63,852 bases of DNA from Schmidtea polychroa (Eukaryota), in the NCBI GenBank assembly GCA_044892525.1, contig CM097885.1, forward strand, positions 247,256,001 to 247,319,852, read 5' to 3'. Under the pieces are notes generated by a model. It was not told the DNA's origin. It worked only from the letters and a program-made list of their open reading frames with translations, and searched no databases. Position numbers and translations under genes: made by a program. Below are positions 30,101-45,100 of this stretch, one piece after another (position 1 is the first letter of the stretch; every line of letters starts with the position of its first letter).

Positions 30101-33100
30101 ATTATATAAATTTTGAAAACTGTTATTTAACTCAAACTTACGGGTTTCGAGTAGTTGTAATAGTAATTTCTATACTGTCGATTTTAGATCCTGGATTTAC
30201 TTTTGGAGAATTCAAGTAATCCAATAATTTTGGAGAGTCTTGTAGATCTTTGCCAGATTTTAATACTTTCGATATATCGCCATTTTCCAATTTGACTTTC
30301 AATTCTGCAACTAGAACCTTTGTAGCATTGTCTACGAAAATATTGACCTCATTGATTGCTGCTGTCTGTGTTTCTAAAAATGAATTTTATTGAATAATTT
30401 AATATTTTCAAAATGAGATTTGAATTTACCATTTTTAGTCGGATTTACTTCAAAAACAACTACTGAACCAGTAATGGTTAAACCTTTGGTCGTTCCAAGT
30501 TGTTCATTTGACTCTGTAGGTAGTGGTTTATTATCGACAGTAATTGTGATGTCAGATGGTTGAATAGTCTAATATAAGTACGAGAAGTTAAAATCCACAT
30601 GGAATATTAGAATTTAAGTTACATTTTTCTCTGTCATTCCGTCTTTAATTAAACATGGTATTGGAGTTGTTGTTGTTGTCGGTGTTATCGTTGTTATTGT
30701 TTGTGTTGGTGTTGTTGTAGCTGATGTTGTGGTTGCAGATGTCGTAGTTGTTGATAGTGAAGTTGTTACTTCTTTCGGAGTAAAGCAACCAATGACCTCT
30801 AAGCGAACAACTATTGTTGGATTGGAGTCATCGCTAAATGAGACAAGAGTTATAAATTTGTTTAGGAAATCAAATAATTTGATTGAAATTTTGAAACATT
30901 ATATAAATTTTGAAAACTGTTATTTAACTCAAACTTACGGGTTTCGAGTAGTTGTAATAGTAATTTCTATACTGTCGATTTTAGATCCTGGATTTACTTT
31001 TGGAGAATTCAAGTAATCCAATAATTTTGGAGAGTCTTGTAGATCTTTGCCAGATTTTAATACTTTCGATATATCGCCATTTTCCAATTTGACTTTCAAT
31101 TCTGCAACTAGAACCTTTGTAGCATTGTCTACGAAAATATTGACCTCATTGATTGCTGCTGTCTGTGTTTCTAAAAATGAATTTTATTGAATAATTTAAT
31201 ATTTTCAAAATGAGATTTGAATTTACCATTTTTAGTCGGATTTACTTCAAAAACAACTACTGATCCAGTAATGGTTAAACCTTTGGTCGTTCCAAGTTGT
31301 TCATTTGACTCTGTAGGTAGTGGTTTATTATCGACAGTAATTGTGATGTCAGATGGTTGAATAGTCTAATATAAGTACGAGAAGTTAAAATCCACATGGA
31401 ATATTAGAATTTAAGTTACATTTTTCTCTGTCATTCCGTCTTTAATTAAACATGGTATTGGAGTTGTTGTTGTTGTCGGTGTTATCGTTGTTATTGTTTG
31501 TGTTGGTGTTGTTGTAGCTGATGTTGTGGTTGCAGATGTCGTAGTTGTTGATAGTGAAGTTGTTACTTCTTTCGGAGTAAAGCAACCAATGACCTCTAAG
31601 CGAACAACTATTGTTGGATTGGAGTCATCGCTAAATGAGACAAGAGTTATAAATTTGTTTAGGAAATCAAATAATTTGATTGAAATTTTGAAACATTATA
31701 TAAATTTTGAAAACTGTTATTTAACTCAAACTTACGGGTTTCGAGTAGTTGTAATAGTAATTTCTATACTGTCGATTTTAGATCCTGGATTTACTTTTGG
31801 AGAATTCAAGTAATCCAATAATTTTGGAGAGTCTTGTAGATCTTTGCCAGATTTTAATACTTTCGATATATCGCCATTTTCCAATTTGACTTTCAATTCT
31901 GCAACTAGAACCTTTGTAGCATTGTCTACGAAAATATTGACCTCATTGATTGCTGCTGTCTGTGTTTCTAAAAATGAATTTTATTGAATAATTTAATATT
32001 TTCAAAATGAGATTTGAATTTACCATTTTTAGTCGGATTTACTTCAAAAACAACTACTGAACCAGTAATGGTTAAACCTTTGGTCGTTCCAAGTTGTTCA
32101 TTTGACTCTGTAGGTAGTGGTTTATTATCGACAGTAATTGTGATGTCAGATGGTTGAATAGTCTAATATAAGTACGAGAAGTTAAAATCCACATGGAATA
32201 TTAGAATTTAAGTTACATTTTTCTCTGTCATTCCGTCTTTAATTAAACATGGTATTGGAGTTGTTGTTGTTGTCGGTGTTATCGTTGTTATTGTTTGTGT
32301 TGGTGTTGTTGTAGCTGATGTTGTGGTTGCAGATGTCGTAGTTGTTGATAGTGAAGTTGTTACTTCTTTCGGAGTAAAGCAACCAATGACCTCTAAGCGA
32401 ACAACTATTGTTGGATTGGAGTCATCGCTAAATGAGACAAGAGTTATAAATTTGTTTAGGAAATCAAATAATTTGATTGAAATTTTGAAACATTATATAA
32501 ATTTTGAAAACTGTTATTTAACTCAAACTTACGGGTTTCGAGTAGTTGTAATAGTAATTTCTATACTGTCGATTTTAGATCCTGGATTTACTTTTGGAGA
32601 ATTCAAGTAATCCAATAATTTTGGAGAGTCTTGTAGATCTTTGCCAGATTTTAATACTTTCGATATATCGCCATTTTCCAATTTGACTTTCAATTCTGCA
32701 ACTAGAACCTTTGTAGCATTGTCTACGAAAATATTGACCTCATTGATTGCTGCTGTCTGTGTTTCTAAAAATGAATTTTATTGAATAATTTAATATTTTC
32801 AAAATGAGATTTGAATTTACCATTTTTAGTCGGATTTACTTCAAAAACAACTACTGATCCAGTAATGGTTAAACCTTTGGTCGTTCCAAGTTGTTCATTT
32901 GACTCTGTAGGTAGTGGTTTATTATCGACAGTAATTGTGATGTCAGATGGTTGAATAGTCTAATATAAGTACGAGAAGTTAAAATCCACATGGAATATTT
33001 GAATTTAAGTTACATTTTTCTCTGTCATTCCGTCTTTAATTAAACATGGTATTGGAGTTGTTGTTGTTTGTGTTGGTGTTGTTGTAGCTGATGTTGTGGT

Positions 33101-36100
33101 TGCAGATGTCGTAGTTGTTGATAGTGAAGTTGTTACTTCTTTCGGAGTAAAGCAACCAATGACCTCTAAGCGAACAACTATTGTTGGATTGGAGTCATCG
33201 CTAAATGAGACAAGAGTTATAAATTTGTTTAGGAAATCAAATAATTTGATTGAAATTTTGAAACATTATATAAATTTTGAAAACTGTTATTTAACTCAAA
33301 CTTACGGGTTTCGAGTAGTTGTAATAGTAATTTCTATACTGTCGATTTTAGATCCTGGATTTACTTTTGGAGAATTCAAGTAATCCAATAATTTTGGAGA
33401 GTCTTGTAGATCTTTGCCAGATTTTAATACTTTCGATATATCGCCATTTTCCAATTTGACTTTCAATTCTGCAACTAGAACCTTTGTAGCATTGTCTACG
33501 AAAATATTGACCTCATTGATTGCTGCTGTCTGTGTTTCTAAAAATGAATTTTATTGAATAATTTAATATTTTCAAAATGAGATTTGAATTTACCATTTTT
33601 AGTCGGATTTACTTCAAAAACAACTACTGATCCAGTAATGGTTAAACCTTTGGTCGTTCCAAGTTGTTCATTTGACTCTGTAGGTAGTGGTTTATTATCG
33701 ACAGTAATTGTGATGTCAGATGGTTGAATAGTCTAATATAAGTACGAGAAGTTAAAATCCACATGGAATATTAGAATTTAAGTTACATTTTTCTCTGTCA
33801 TTCCGTCTTTAATTAAACATGGTATTGGAGTTGTTGTTGTTTGTGTTGGTGTTGTTGTAGCTGATGTTGTGGTTGCAGATGTCGTAGTTGTTGATAGTGA
33901 AGTTGTTACTTCTTTCGGAGTAAAGCAACCAATGACCTCTAAGCGAACAACTATTGTTGGATTGGAGTCATCGCTAAATGAGACAAGAGTTATAAATTTG
34001 TTTAGGAAATCAAATAATTTGATTGAAATTTTGAAACATTATATAAATTTTGAAAACTGTTATTTAACTCAAACTTACGGGTTTCGAGTAGTTGTAATAG
34101 TAATTTCTATACTGTCGATTTTAGATCCTGGATTTACTTTTGGAGAATTCAAGTAATCCAATAATTTTGGAGAGTCTTGTAGATCTTTGCCAGATTTTAA
34201 TACTTTCGATATATCGCCATTTTCCAATTTGACTTTCAATTCTGCAACTAGAACCTTTGTAGCATTGTCTACGAAAATATTGACCTCATTGATTGCTGCT
34301 GTCTGTGTTTCTAAAAATGAATTTTATTGAATAATTTAATATTTTCAAAATGAGATTTGAATTTACCATTTTTAGTCGGATTTACTTCAAAAACAACTAC
34401 TGATCCAGTAATGGTTAAACCTTTGGTCGTTCCAAGTTGTTCATTTGACTCTGTAGGTAGTGGTTTATTATCGACAGTAATTGTGATGTCAGATGGTTGA
34501 ATAGTCTAATATAAGTACGAGAAGTTAAAATCCACATGGAATATTAGAATTTAAGTTACATTTGTCTCTGTCATTCCGTCTTTAATTAAACATGGTATTG
34601 GAGTTGTTGTTGTTTGTGTTGGTGTTGTTGTAGCTGATGTTGTGGTTGCAGATGTCGTAGTTGTTGATAGTGAAGTTGTTACTTCTTTCGGAGTAAAGCA
34701 ACCAATGACCTCTAAGCGAACAACTATTGTTGGATTGGAGTCATCGCTAAATGAGACAAGAGTTATAAATTTGTTTAGGAAATCAAATAATTTGATTGAA
34801 ATTTTGAAACATTATATAAATTTTGAAAACTGTTATTTAACTCAAACTTACGGGTTTCGAGTAGTTGTAATAGTAATTTCTATACTGTCGATTTTAGATC
34901 CTGGATTTACTTTTGGAGAATTCAAGTAATCCAATAATTTTGGAGAGTCTTGTAGATCTTTGCCAGATTTTAATACTTTCGATATATCGCCATTTTCCAA
35001 TTTGACTTTCAATTCTGCAACTAGAACCTTTGTAGCATTGTCTACGAAAATATTGACCTCATTGATTGCTGCTGTCTGTGTTTCTAAAAATGAATTTTAT
35101 TGAATAATTTAATATTTTCAAAATGAGATTTGAATTTACCATTTTTAGTCGGATTTACTTCAAAAACAACTACTGAACCAGTAATGGTTAAACCTTTGGT
35201 CGTTCCAAGTTGTTCATTTGACTCTGTAGGTAGTGGTTTATTATCGACAGTAATTGTGATGTCAGATGGTTGAATAGTCTAATATAAGTACGAGAAGTTA
35301 AAATCCACATGGAATATTAGAATTTAAGTTACATTTTTCTCTGTCATTCCGTCTTTAATTAAACATGGTATTGGAGTTGTTGTTGTTTGTGTTGGTGTTG
35401 TTGTAGCTGATGTTGTGGTTGCAGATGTCGTAGTTGTTGATAGTGAAGTTGTTACTTCTTTCGGAGTAAAGCAACCAATGACCTCTAAGCGAACAACTAT
35501 TGTTGGATTGGAGTCATCGCTAAATGAGACAAGAGTTATAAATTTGTTTAGGAAATCAAATAATTTGATTGAAATTTTGAAACATTATATAAATTTTGAA
35601 AACTGTTATTTAACTCAAACTTACGGGTTTCGAGTAGTTGTAATAGTAATTTCTATACTGTCGATTTTAGATCCTGGATTTACTTTTGGAGAATTCAAGT
35701 AATCCAATAATTTTGGAGAGTCTTGTAGATCTTTGCCAGATTTTAATACTTTCGATATATCGCCATTTTCCAATTTGACTTTCAATTCTGCAACTAGAAC
35801 CTTTGTAGCATTGTCTACGAAAATATTGACCTCATTGATTGCTGCTGTCTGTGTTTCTAAAAATGAATTTTATTGAATAATTTAATATTTTCAAAATGAG
35901 ATTTGAAATTACCATTTTTAGTCGGATTTACTTCAAAAACAACTACTGAACCAGTAATGGTTAAACCTTTGGTCGTTCCAAGTTGTTCATTTGACTCTGT
36001 AGGTAGTGGTTTATTATCGACAGTAATTGTGATGTCAGATGGTTGAATAGTCTAATATAAGTACGAGAAGTTAAAATCCACATGGAATATTAGAATTTAA

Positions 36101-39100
36101 GTTACATTTTTCTCTGTCATTCCGTCTTTAATTAAACATGGTATTGGAGTTGTTGTTGTTGTCGGTGTTATCGTTGTTATTGTTTGTGTTGGTGTTGTTG
36201 TAGCTGATGTTGTGGTTGCAGATGTCGTAGTTGTTGATAGTGAAGTTGTTACTTCTTTCGGAGTAAAGCAACCAATGACCTCTAAGCGAACAACTATTGT
36301 TGGATTGGAGTCATCGCTAAATGAGACAAGAGTTATAAATTTGTTTAGGAAATCAAATAATTTGATTGAAATTTTGAAACATTATATAAATTTTGAAAAC
36401 TGTTATTTAACTCAAACTTACGGGTTTCGAGTAGTTGTAATAGTAATTTCTATACTGTCGATTTTAGATCCTGGATTTACTTTTGGAGAATTCAAGTAAT
36501 CCAATAATTTTGGAGAGTCTTGTAGATCTTTGCCAGATTTTAATACTTTCGATATATCGCCATTTTCCAATTTGACTTTCAATTCTGCAACTAGAACCTT
36601 TGTAGCATTGTCTACGAAAATATTGACCTCATTGATTGCTGCTGTCTGTGTTTCTAAAAATGAATTTTATTGAATAATTTAATATTTTCAAAATGAGATT
36701 TGAATTTACCATTTTTAGTCGGATTTACTTCAAAAACAACTACTGAACCAGTAATGGTTAAACCTTTGGTCGTTCCAAGTTGTTCATTTGACTCTGTAGG
36801 TAGTGGTTTATTATCGACAGTAATTGTGATATCAGATGGTTGAATAGTCTAATATAAGTACGAGAAGTTAAAATCCACATGGAATATTAGAATTTAAGTT
36901 ACATTTTTCTCTGTCATTCCGTCTTTAATTAAACATGGTATTGGAGTTGTTGTTGTTGTCGGTGTTATCGTTGTTATTGTTTGTGTTGGTGTTGTTGTAG
37001 CTGATGTTGTGGTTGCAGATGTCGTAGTTGTTGATAGTGAAGTTGTTACTTCTTTCGGAGTAAAGCAACCAATGACCTCTAAGCGAACAACTATTGTTGG
37101 ATTGGAGTCATCGCTAAATGAGACAAGAGTTATAAATTTGTTTAGGAAATCAAATAATTTGATTGAAATTTTGAAACATTATATAAATTTTGAAAACTGT
37201 TATTTAACTCAAACTTACGGGTTTCGAGTAGTTGTAATAGTAATTTCTATACTGTCGATTTTAGATCCTGGATTTACTTTTGGAGAATTCAAGTAATCCA
37301 ATAATTTTGGAGAGTCTTGTAGATCTTTGCCAGATTTTAATACTTTCGATATATCGCCATTTTCCAATTTGACTTTCAATTCTGCAACTAGAACCTTTGT
37401 AGCATTGTCTACGAAAATATTGACCTCATTGATTGCTGCTGTCTGTGTTTCTAAAAATGAATTTTATTGAATAATTTAATATTTTCAAAATGAGATTTGA
37501 ATTTACCATTTTTAGTCGGATTTACTTCAAAAACAACTACTGATCCAGTAATGGTTAAACCTTTGGTCGTTCCAAGTTGTTCATTTGACTCTGTAGGTAG
37601 TGGTTTATTATCGACAGTAATTGTGATGTCAGATGGTTGAATAGTCTAATATAAGTACGAGAAGTTAAAATCCACATGGAATATTAGAATTTAAGTTACA
37701 TTTTTCTCTGTCATTCCGTCTTTAATTAAACATGGTATTGGAGTTGTTGTTGTTTGTGTTGGTGTTGTTGTAGCTGATGTTGTGGTTGCAGATGTCGTAG
37801 TTGTTGATAGTGAAGTTGTTACTTCTTTCGGAGTAAAGCAACCAATGACCTCTAAGCGAACAACTATTGTTGGATTGGAGTCATCGCTAAATGAGACAAG
37901 AGTTATAAATTTGTTTAGGAAATCAAATAATTTGATTGAAATTTTGAAACATTATATAAATTTTGAAAACTGTTATTTAACTCAAACTTACGGGTTTCGA
38001 GTAGTTGTAATAGTAATTTCTATACTGTCGATTTTAGATCCTGGATTTACTTTTGGAGAATTCAAGTAATCCAATAATTTTGGAGAGTCTTGTAGATCTT
38101 TGCCAGATTTTAATACTTTCGATATATCGCCATTTTCCAATTTGACTTTCAATTCTGCAACTAGAACCTTTGTAGCATTGTCTACGAAAATATTGACCTC
38201 ATTGATTGCTGCTGTCTGTGTTTCTAAAAATGAATTTTATTGAATAATTTAATATTTTCAAAATGAGATTTGAAATTACCATTTTTAGTCGGATTTACTT
38301 CAAAAACAACTACTGAACCAGTAATGGTTAAACCTTTGGTCGTTCCAAGTTGTTCATTTGACTCTGTAGGTAGTGGTTTATTATCGACAGTAATTGTGAT
38401 GTCAGATGGTTGAATAGTCTAATATAAGTACGAGAAGTTAAAATCCACATGGAATATTAGAATTTAAGTTACATTTTTCTCTGTCATTCCGTCTTTAATT
38501 AAACATGGTATTGGAGTTGTTGTTGTTGTCGGTGTTATCGTTGTTATTGTTTGTGTTGGTGTTGTTGTAGCTGATGTTGTGGTTGCAGATGTCGTAGTTG
38601 TTGATAGTGAAGTTGTTACTTCTTTCGGAGTAAAGCAACCAATGACCTCTAAGCGAACAACTATTGTTGGATTGGAGTCATCGCTAAATGAGACAAGAGT
38701 TATAAATTTGTTTAGGAAATCAAATAATTTGATTGAAATTTTGAAACATTATATAAATTTTGAAAACTGTTATTTAACTCAAACTTACGGGTTTCGAGTA
38801 GTTGTAATAGTAATTTCTATACTGTCGATTTTAGATCCTGGATTTACTTTTGGAGAATTCAAGTAATCCAATAATTTTGGAGAGTCTTGTAGATCTTTGC
38901 CAGATTTTAATACTTTCGATATATCGCCATTTTCCAATTTGACTTTCAATTCTGCAACTAGAACCTTTGTAGCATTGTCTACGAAAATATTGACCTCATT
39001 GATTGCTGCTGTCTGTGTTTCTAAAAATGAATTTTATTGAATAATTTAATATTTTCAAAATGAGATTTGAATTTACCATTTTTAGTCGGATTTACTTCAA

Positions 39101-42100
39101 AAACAACTACTGAACCAGTAATGGTTAAACCTTTGGTCGTTCCAAGTTGTTCATTTGACTCTGTAGGTAGTGGTTTATTATCGACAGTAATTGTGATGTC
39201 AGATGGTTGAATAGTCTAATATAAGTACGAGAAGTTAAAATCCACATGGAATATTAGAATTTAAGTTACATTTTTCTCTGTCATTCCGTCTTTAATTAAA
39301 CATGGTATTGGAGTTGTTGTTGTTTGTGTTGGTGTTGTTGTAGCTGATGTTGTGGTTGCAGATGTCGTAGTTGTTGATAGTGAAGTTGTTACTTCTTTCG
39401 GAGTAAAGCAACCAATGACCTCTAAGCGAACAACTATTGTTGGATTGGAGTCATCGCTAAATGAGACAAGAGTTATAAATTTGTTTAGGAAATCAAATAA
39501 TTTGATTGAAATTTTGAAACATTATATAAATTCTGAAAACTGTTATTTAACTCAAACTTACGGGTTTCGAGTAGTTGTAATAGTAATTTCTATACTGTCG
39601 ATTTTAGATCCTGGATTTACTTTTGGAGAATTCAAGTAATCCAATAATTTTGGAGAGTCTTGTAGATCTTTGCCAGATTTTAATACTTTCGATATATCGC
39701 CATTTTCCAATTTGACTTTCAATTCTGCAACTAGAACCTTTGTAGCATTGTCTACGAAAATATTGACCTCATTGATTGCTGCTGTCTGTGTTTCTAAAAA
39801 TGAATTTTATTGAATAATTTAATATTTTCAAAATGAGATTTGAATTTACCATTTTTAGTCGGATTTACTTCAAAAACAACTACTGATCCAGTAATGGTTA
39901 AACCTTTGGTCGTTCCAAGTTGTTCATTTGACTCTGTAGGTAGTGGTTTATTATCGACAGTAATTGTGATGTCAGATGGTTGAATAGTCTAATATAAGTA
40001 CGAGAAGTTAAAATCCACATGGAATATTAGAATTTAAGTTACATTTTTCTCTGTCATTCCGTCTTTAATTAAACATGGTATTGGAGTTGTTGTTTGTGTT
40101 GGTGTTGTTGTAGCTGATGTTGTGGTTGCAGATGTCGTAGTTGTTGATAGTGAAGTTGTTACTTCTTTCGGAGTAAAGCAACCAATGACCTCTAAGCGAA
40201 CAACTATTGTTGGATTGGAGTCATCGCTAAATGAGACAAGAGTTATAAATTTGTTTAGGAAATCAAATAATTTGATTGAAATTTTGAAACATTATATAAA
40301 TTCTGAAAACTGTTATTTAACTCAAACTTACGGGTTTCGAGTAGTTGTAATAGTAATTTCTATACTGTCGATTTTAGATCCTGGATTTACTTTTGGAGAA
40401 TTCAAGTAATCCAATAATTTTGGAGAGTCTTGTAGATCTTTGCCAGATTTTAATACTTTCGATATATCGCCATTTTCCAATTTGACTTTCAATTCTGCAA
40501 CTAGAACCTTTGTAGCATTGTCTACGAAAATATTGACCTCATTGATTGCTGCTGTCTGTGTTTCTAAAAATGAATTTTATTGAATAATTTAATATTTTCA
40601 AAATGAGATTTGAATTTACCATTTTTAGTCGGATTTACTTCAAAAACAACTACTGATCCAGTAATGGTTAAACCTTTGGTCGTTCCAAGTTGTTCATTTG
40701 ACTCTGTAGGTAGTGGTTTATTATCGACAGTAATTGTGATGTCAGATGGTTGAATAGTCTAATATAAGTACGAGAAGTTAAAATCCACATGGAATATTAG
40801 AATTTAAGTTACATTTTTCTCTGTCATTCCGTCTTTAATTAAACATGGTATTGGAGTTGTTGTTGTTTGTGTTGGTGTTGTTGTAGCTGATGTTGTGGTT
40901 GCAGATGTCGTAGTTGTTGATAGTGAAGTTGTTACTTCTTTCGGAGTAAAGCAACCAATGACCTCTAAGCGAACAACTATTGTTGGATTGGAGTCATCGC
41001 TAAATGAGACAAGAGTTATAAATTTGTTTAGGAAATCAAATAATTTGATTGAAATTTTGAAACATTATATAAATTTTGAAAACTGTTATTTAACTCAAAC
41101 TTACGGGTTTCGAGTAGTTGTAATAGTAATTTCTATACTGTCGATTTTAGATCCTGGATTTACTTTTGGAGAATTCAAGTAATCCAATAATTTTGGAGAG
41201 TCTTGTAGATCTTTGCCAGATTTTAATACTTTCGATATATCGCCATTTTCCAATTTGACTTTCAATTCTGCAACTAGAACCTTTGTAGCATTGTCTACGA
41301 AAATATTGACCTCATTGATTGCTGCTGTCTGTGTTTCTAAAAATGAATTTTATTGAATAATTTAATATTTTCAAAATGAGATTTGAATTTACCATTTTTA
41401 GTCGGATTTACTTCAAAAACAACTACTGAACCAGTAATGGTTAAACCTTTGGTCGTTCCAAGTTGTTCATTTGACTCTGTAGGTAGTGGTTTATTATCGA
41501 CAGTAATTGTGATGTCAGATGGTTGAATAGTCTAATATAAGTACGAGAAGTTAAAATCCACATGGAATATTAGAATTTAAGTTACATTTTTCTCTGTCAT
41601 TCCGTCTTTAATTAAACATGGTATTGGAGTTGTTGTTGTTGTCGGTGTTATCGTTGTTATTGTTTGTGTTGGTGTTGTTGTAGCTGATGTTGTGGTTGCA
41701 GATGTCGTAGTTGTTGATAGTGAAGTTGTTACTTCTTTCGGAGTAAAGCAACCAATGACCTCTAAGCGAACAACTATTGTTGGATTGGAGTCATCGCTAA
41801 ATGAGACAAGAGTTATAAATTTGTTTAGGAAATCAAATAATTTGATTGAAATTTTGAAACATTAAATAAATTTTGAAAACTGTAATTTAACTCAAACTTA
41901 CGGGTTTCGAGTAGTTGTAATAGTAATTTCTATACTGTCGATTTTAGATCCTGGATTTACTTTTGGAGAATTCAAGTAATCCAATAATTTTGGAGAGTCT
42001 TGTAGATCTTTGCCAGATTTTAATACTTTCGATATATCGCCATTTTCCAATTTGACTTTCAATTCTGCAACTAGAACCTTTGTAGCATTGTCTACGAAAA

Positions 42101-45100
42101 TATTGACCTCATTGATTGCTGCTGTCTGTGTTTCTAAAAATGAATTTTATTGAATAATTTAATATTTTCAAAATGAGATTTGAATTTACCATTTTTAGTC
42201 GGATTTACTTCAAAAACAACTACTGAACCAGTAATGGTTAAACCTTTGGTCGTTCCAAGTTGTTCATTTGACTCTGTAGGTAGTGGTTTATTATCGACAG
42301 TAATTGTGATGTCAGATGGTTGAATAGTCTAATATAAGTACGAGAAGTTAAAATCCACATGGAATATTAGAATTTAAGTTACATTTTTCTCTGTCATTCC
42401 GTCTTTAATTAAACATGGTATTGGAGTTGTTGTTGTTGTCGGTGTTATCGTTGTTATTGTTTGTGTTGGTGTTGTTGTAGCTGATGTTGTGGTTGCAGAT
42501 GTCGTAGTTGTTGATAGTGAAGTTGTTACTTCTTTCGGAGTAAAGCAACCAATGACCTCTAAGCGAACAACTATTGTTGGATTGGAGTCATCGCTAAATG
42601 AGACAAGAGTTATAAATTTGTTTAGGAAATCAAATAATTTGATTGAAATTTTGAAACATTAAATAAATTTTGAAAACTGTAATTTAACTCAAACTTACGG
42701 GTTTCGAGTAGTTGTAATAGTAATTTCTATACTGTCGATTTTAGATCCTGGATTTACTTTTGGAGAATTCAAGTAATCCAATAATTTTGGAGAGTCTTGT
42801 AGATCTTTGCCAGATTTTAATACTTTCGATATATCGCCATTTTCCAATTTGACTTTCAATTCTGCAACTAGAACCTTTGTAGCATTGTCTACGAAAATAT
42901 TGACCTCATTGATTGCTGCTGTCTGTGTTTCTAAAAATGAATTTTATTGAATAATTTAATATTTTCAAAATGAGATTTGAATTTACCATTTTTAGTCGGA
43001 TTTACTTCAAAAACAACTACTGAACCAGTAATGGTTAAACCTTTGGTCGTTCCAAGTTGTTCATTTGACTCTGTAGGTAGTGGTTTATTATCGACAGTAA
43101 TTGTGATGTCAGATGGTTGAATAGTCTAATATAAGTACGAGAAGTTAAAATCCACATGGAATATTAGAATTTAAGTTACATTTTTCTCTATCATTCCGTC
43201 TTTAATTAAACATGGTATTGGAGTTGTTGTTGTTTGTGTTGGTGTTGTTGTAGCTGATGTTGTGGTTGCAGATGTCGTAGTTGTTGATAGTGAAGTTGTT
43301 ACTTCTTTCGGAGTAAAGCAACCAATGACCTCTAAGCGAACAACTATTGTTGGATTGGAGTCATCGCTAAATGAGACAAGAGTTATAAATTTGTTTAGGA
43401 AATCAAATAATTTGATTGAAATTTTGAAACATTATATAAATTCTGAAAACTGTTATTTAACTCAAACTTACGGGTTTCGAGTAGTTGTAATAGTAATTTC
43501 TATACTGTCGATTTTAGATCCTGGATTTACTTTTGGAGAATTCAAGTAATCCAATAATTTTGGAGAGTCTTGTAGATCTTTGCCAGATTTTAATACTTTC
43601 GATATATCGCCATTTTCCAATTTGACTTTCAATTCTGCAACTAGAACCTTTGTAGCATTGTCTACGAAAATATTGACCTCATTGATTGCTGCTGTCTGTG
43701 TTTCTAAAAATGAATTTTATTGAATAATTTAATATTTTCAAAATGAGATTTGAATTTACCATTTTTAGTCGGATTTACTTCAAAAACAACTACTGAACCA
43801 GTAATGGTTAAACCTTTGGTCGTTCCAAGTTGTTCATTTGACTCTGTAGGTAGTGGTTTATTATCGACAGTAATTGTGATGTCAGATGGTTGAATAGTCT
43901 AATATAAGTACGAGAAGTTAAAATCCACATGGAATATTAGAATTTAAGTTACATTTTTCTCTGTCATTCCGTCTTTAATTAAACATGGTATTGGAGTTGT
44001 TGTTGTTTGTGTTGGTGTTGTTGTAGCTGATGTTGTGGTTGCAGATGTCGTAGTTGTTGATAGTGAAGTTGTTACTTCTTTCGGAGTAAAGCAACCAATG
44101 ACCTCTAAGCGAACAACTATTGTTGGATTGGAGTCATCGCTAAATGAGACAAGAGTTATAAATTTGTTTAGGAAATCAAATAATTTGATTGAAATTTTGA
44201 AACATTATATAAATTCTGAAAACTGTTATTTAACTCAAACTTACGGGTTTCGAGTAGTTGTAATAGTAATTTCTATACTGTCGATTTTAGATCCTGGATT
44301 TACTTTTGGAGAATTCAAGTAATCCAATAATTTTGGAGAGTCTTGTAGATCTTTGCCAGATTTTAATACTTTCGATATATCGCCATTTTCCAATTTGACT
44401 TTCAATTCTGCAACTAGAACCTTTGTAGCATTGTCTACGAAAATATTGACCTCATTGATTGCTGCTGTCTGTGTTTCTAAAAATGAATTTTATTGAATAA
44501 TTTAATATTTTCAAAATGAGATTTGAATTTACCATTTTTAGTCGGATTTACTTCAAAAACAACTACTGATCCAGTAATGGTTAAACCTTTGGTCGTTCCA
44601 AGTTGTTCATTTGACTCTGTAGGTAGTGGTTTATTATCGACAGTAATTGTGATGTCAGATGGTTGAATAGTCTAATATAAGTACGAGAAGTTAAAATCCA
44701 CATGGAATATTAGAATTTAAGTTACATTTTTCTCTGTCATTCCGTCTTTAATTAAACATGGTATTGGAGTTGTTGTTTGTGTTGGTGTTGTTGTAGCTGA
44801 TGTTGTGGTTGCAGATGTCGTAGTTGTTGATAGTGAAGTTGTTACTTCTTTCGGAGTAAAGCAACCAATGACCTCTAAGCGAACAACTATTGTTGGATTG
44901 GAGTCATCGCTAAATGAGACAAGAGTTATAAATTTGTTTAGGAAATCAAATAATTTGATTGAAATTTTGAAACATTATATAAATTCTGAAAACTGTTATT
45001 TAACTCAAACTTACGGGTTTCGAGTAGTTGTAATAGTAATTTCTATACTGTCGATTTTAGATCCTGGATTTACTTTTGGAGAATTCAAGTAATCCAATAA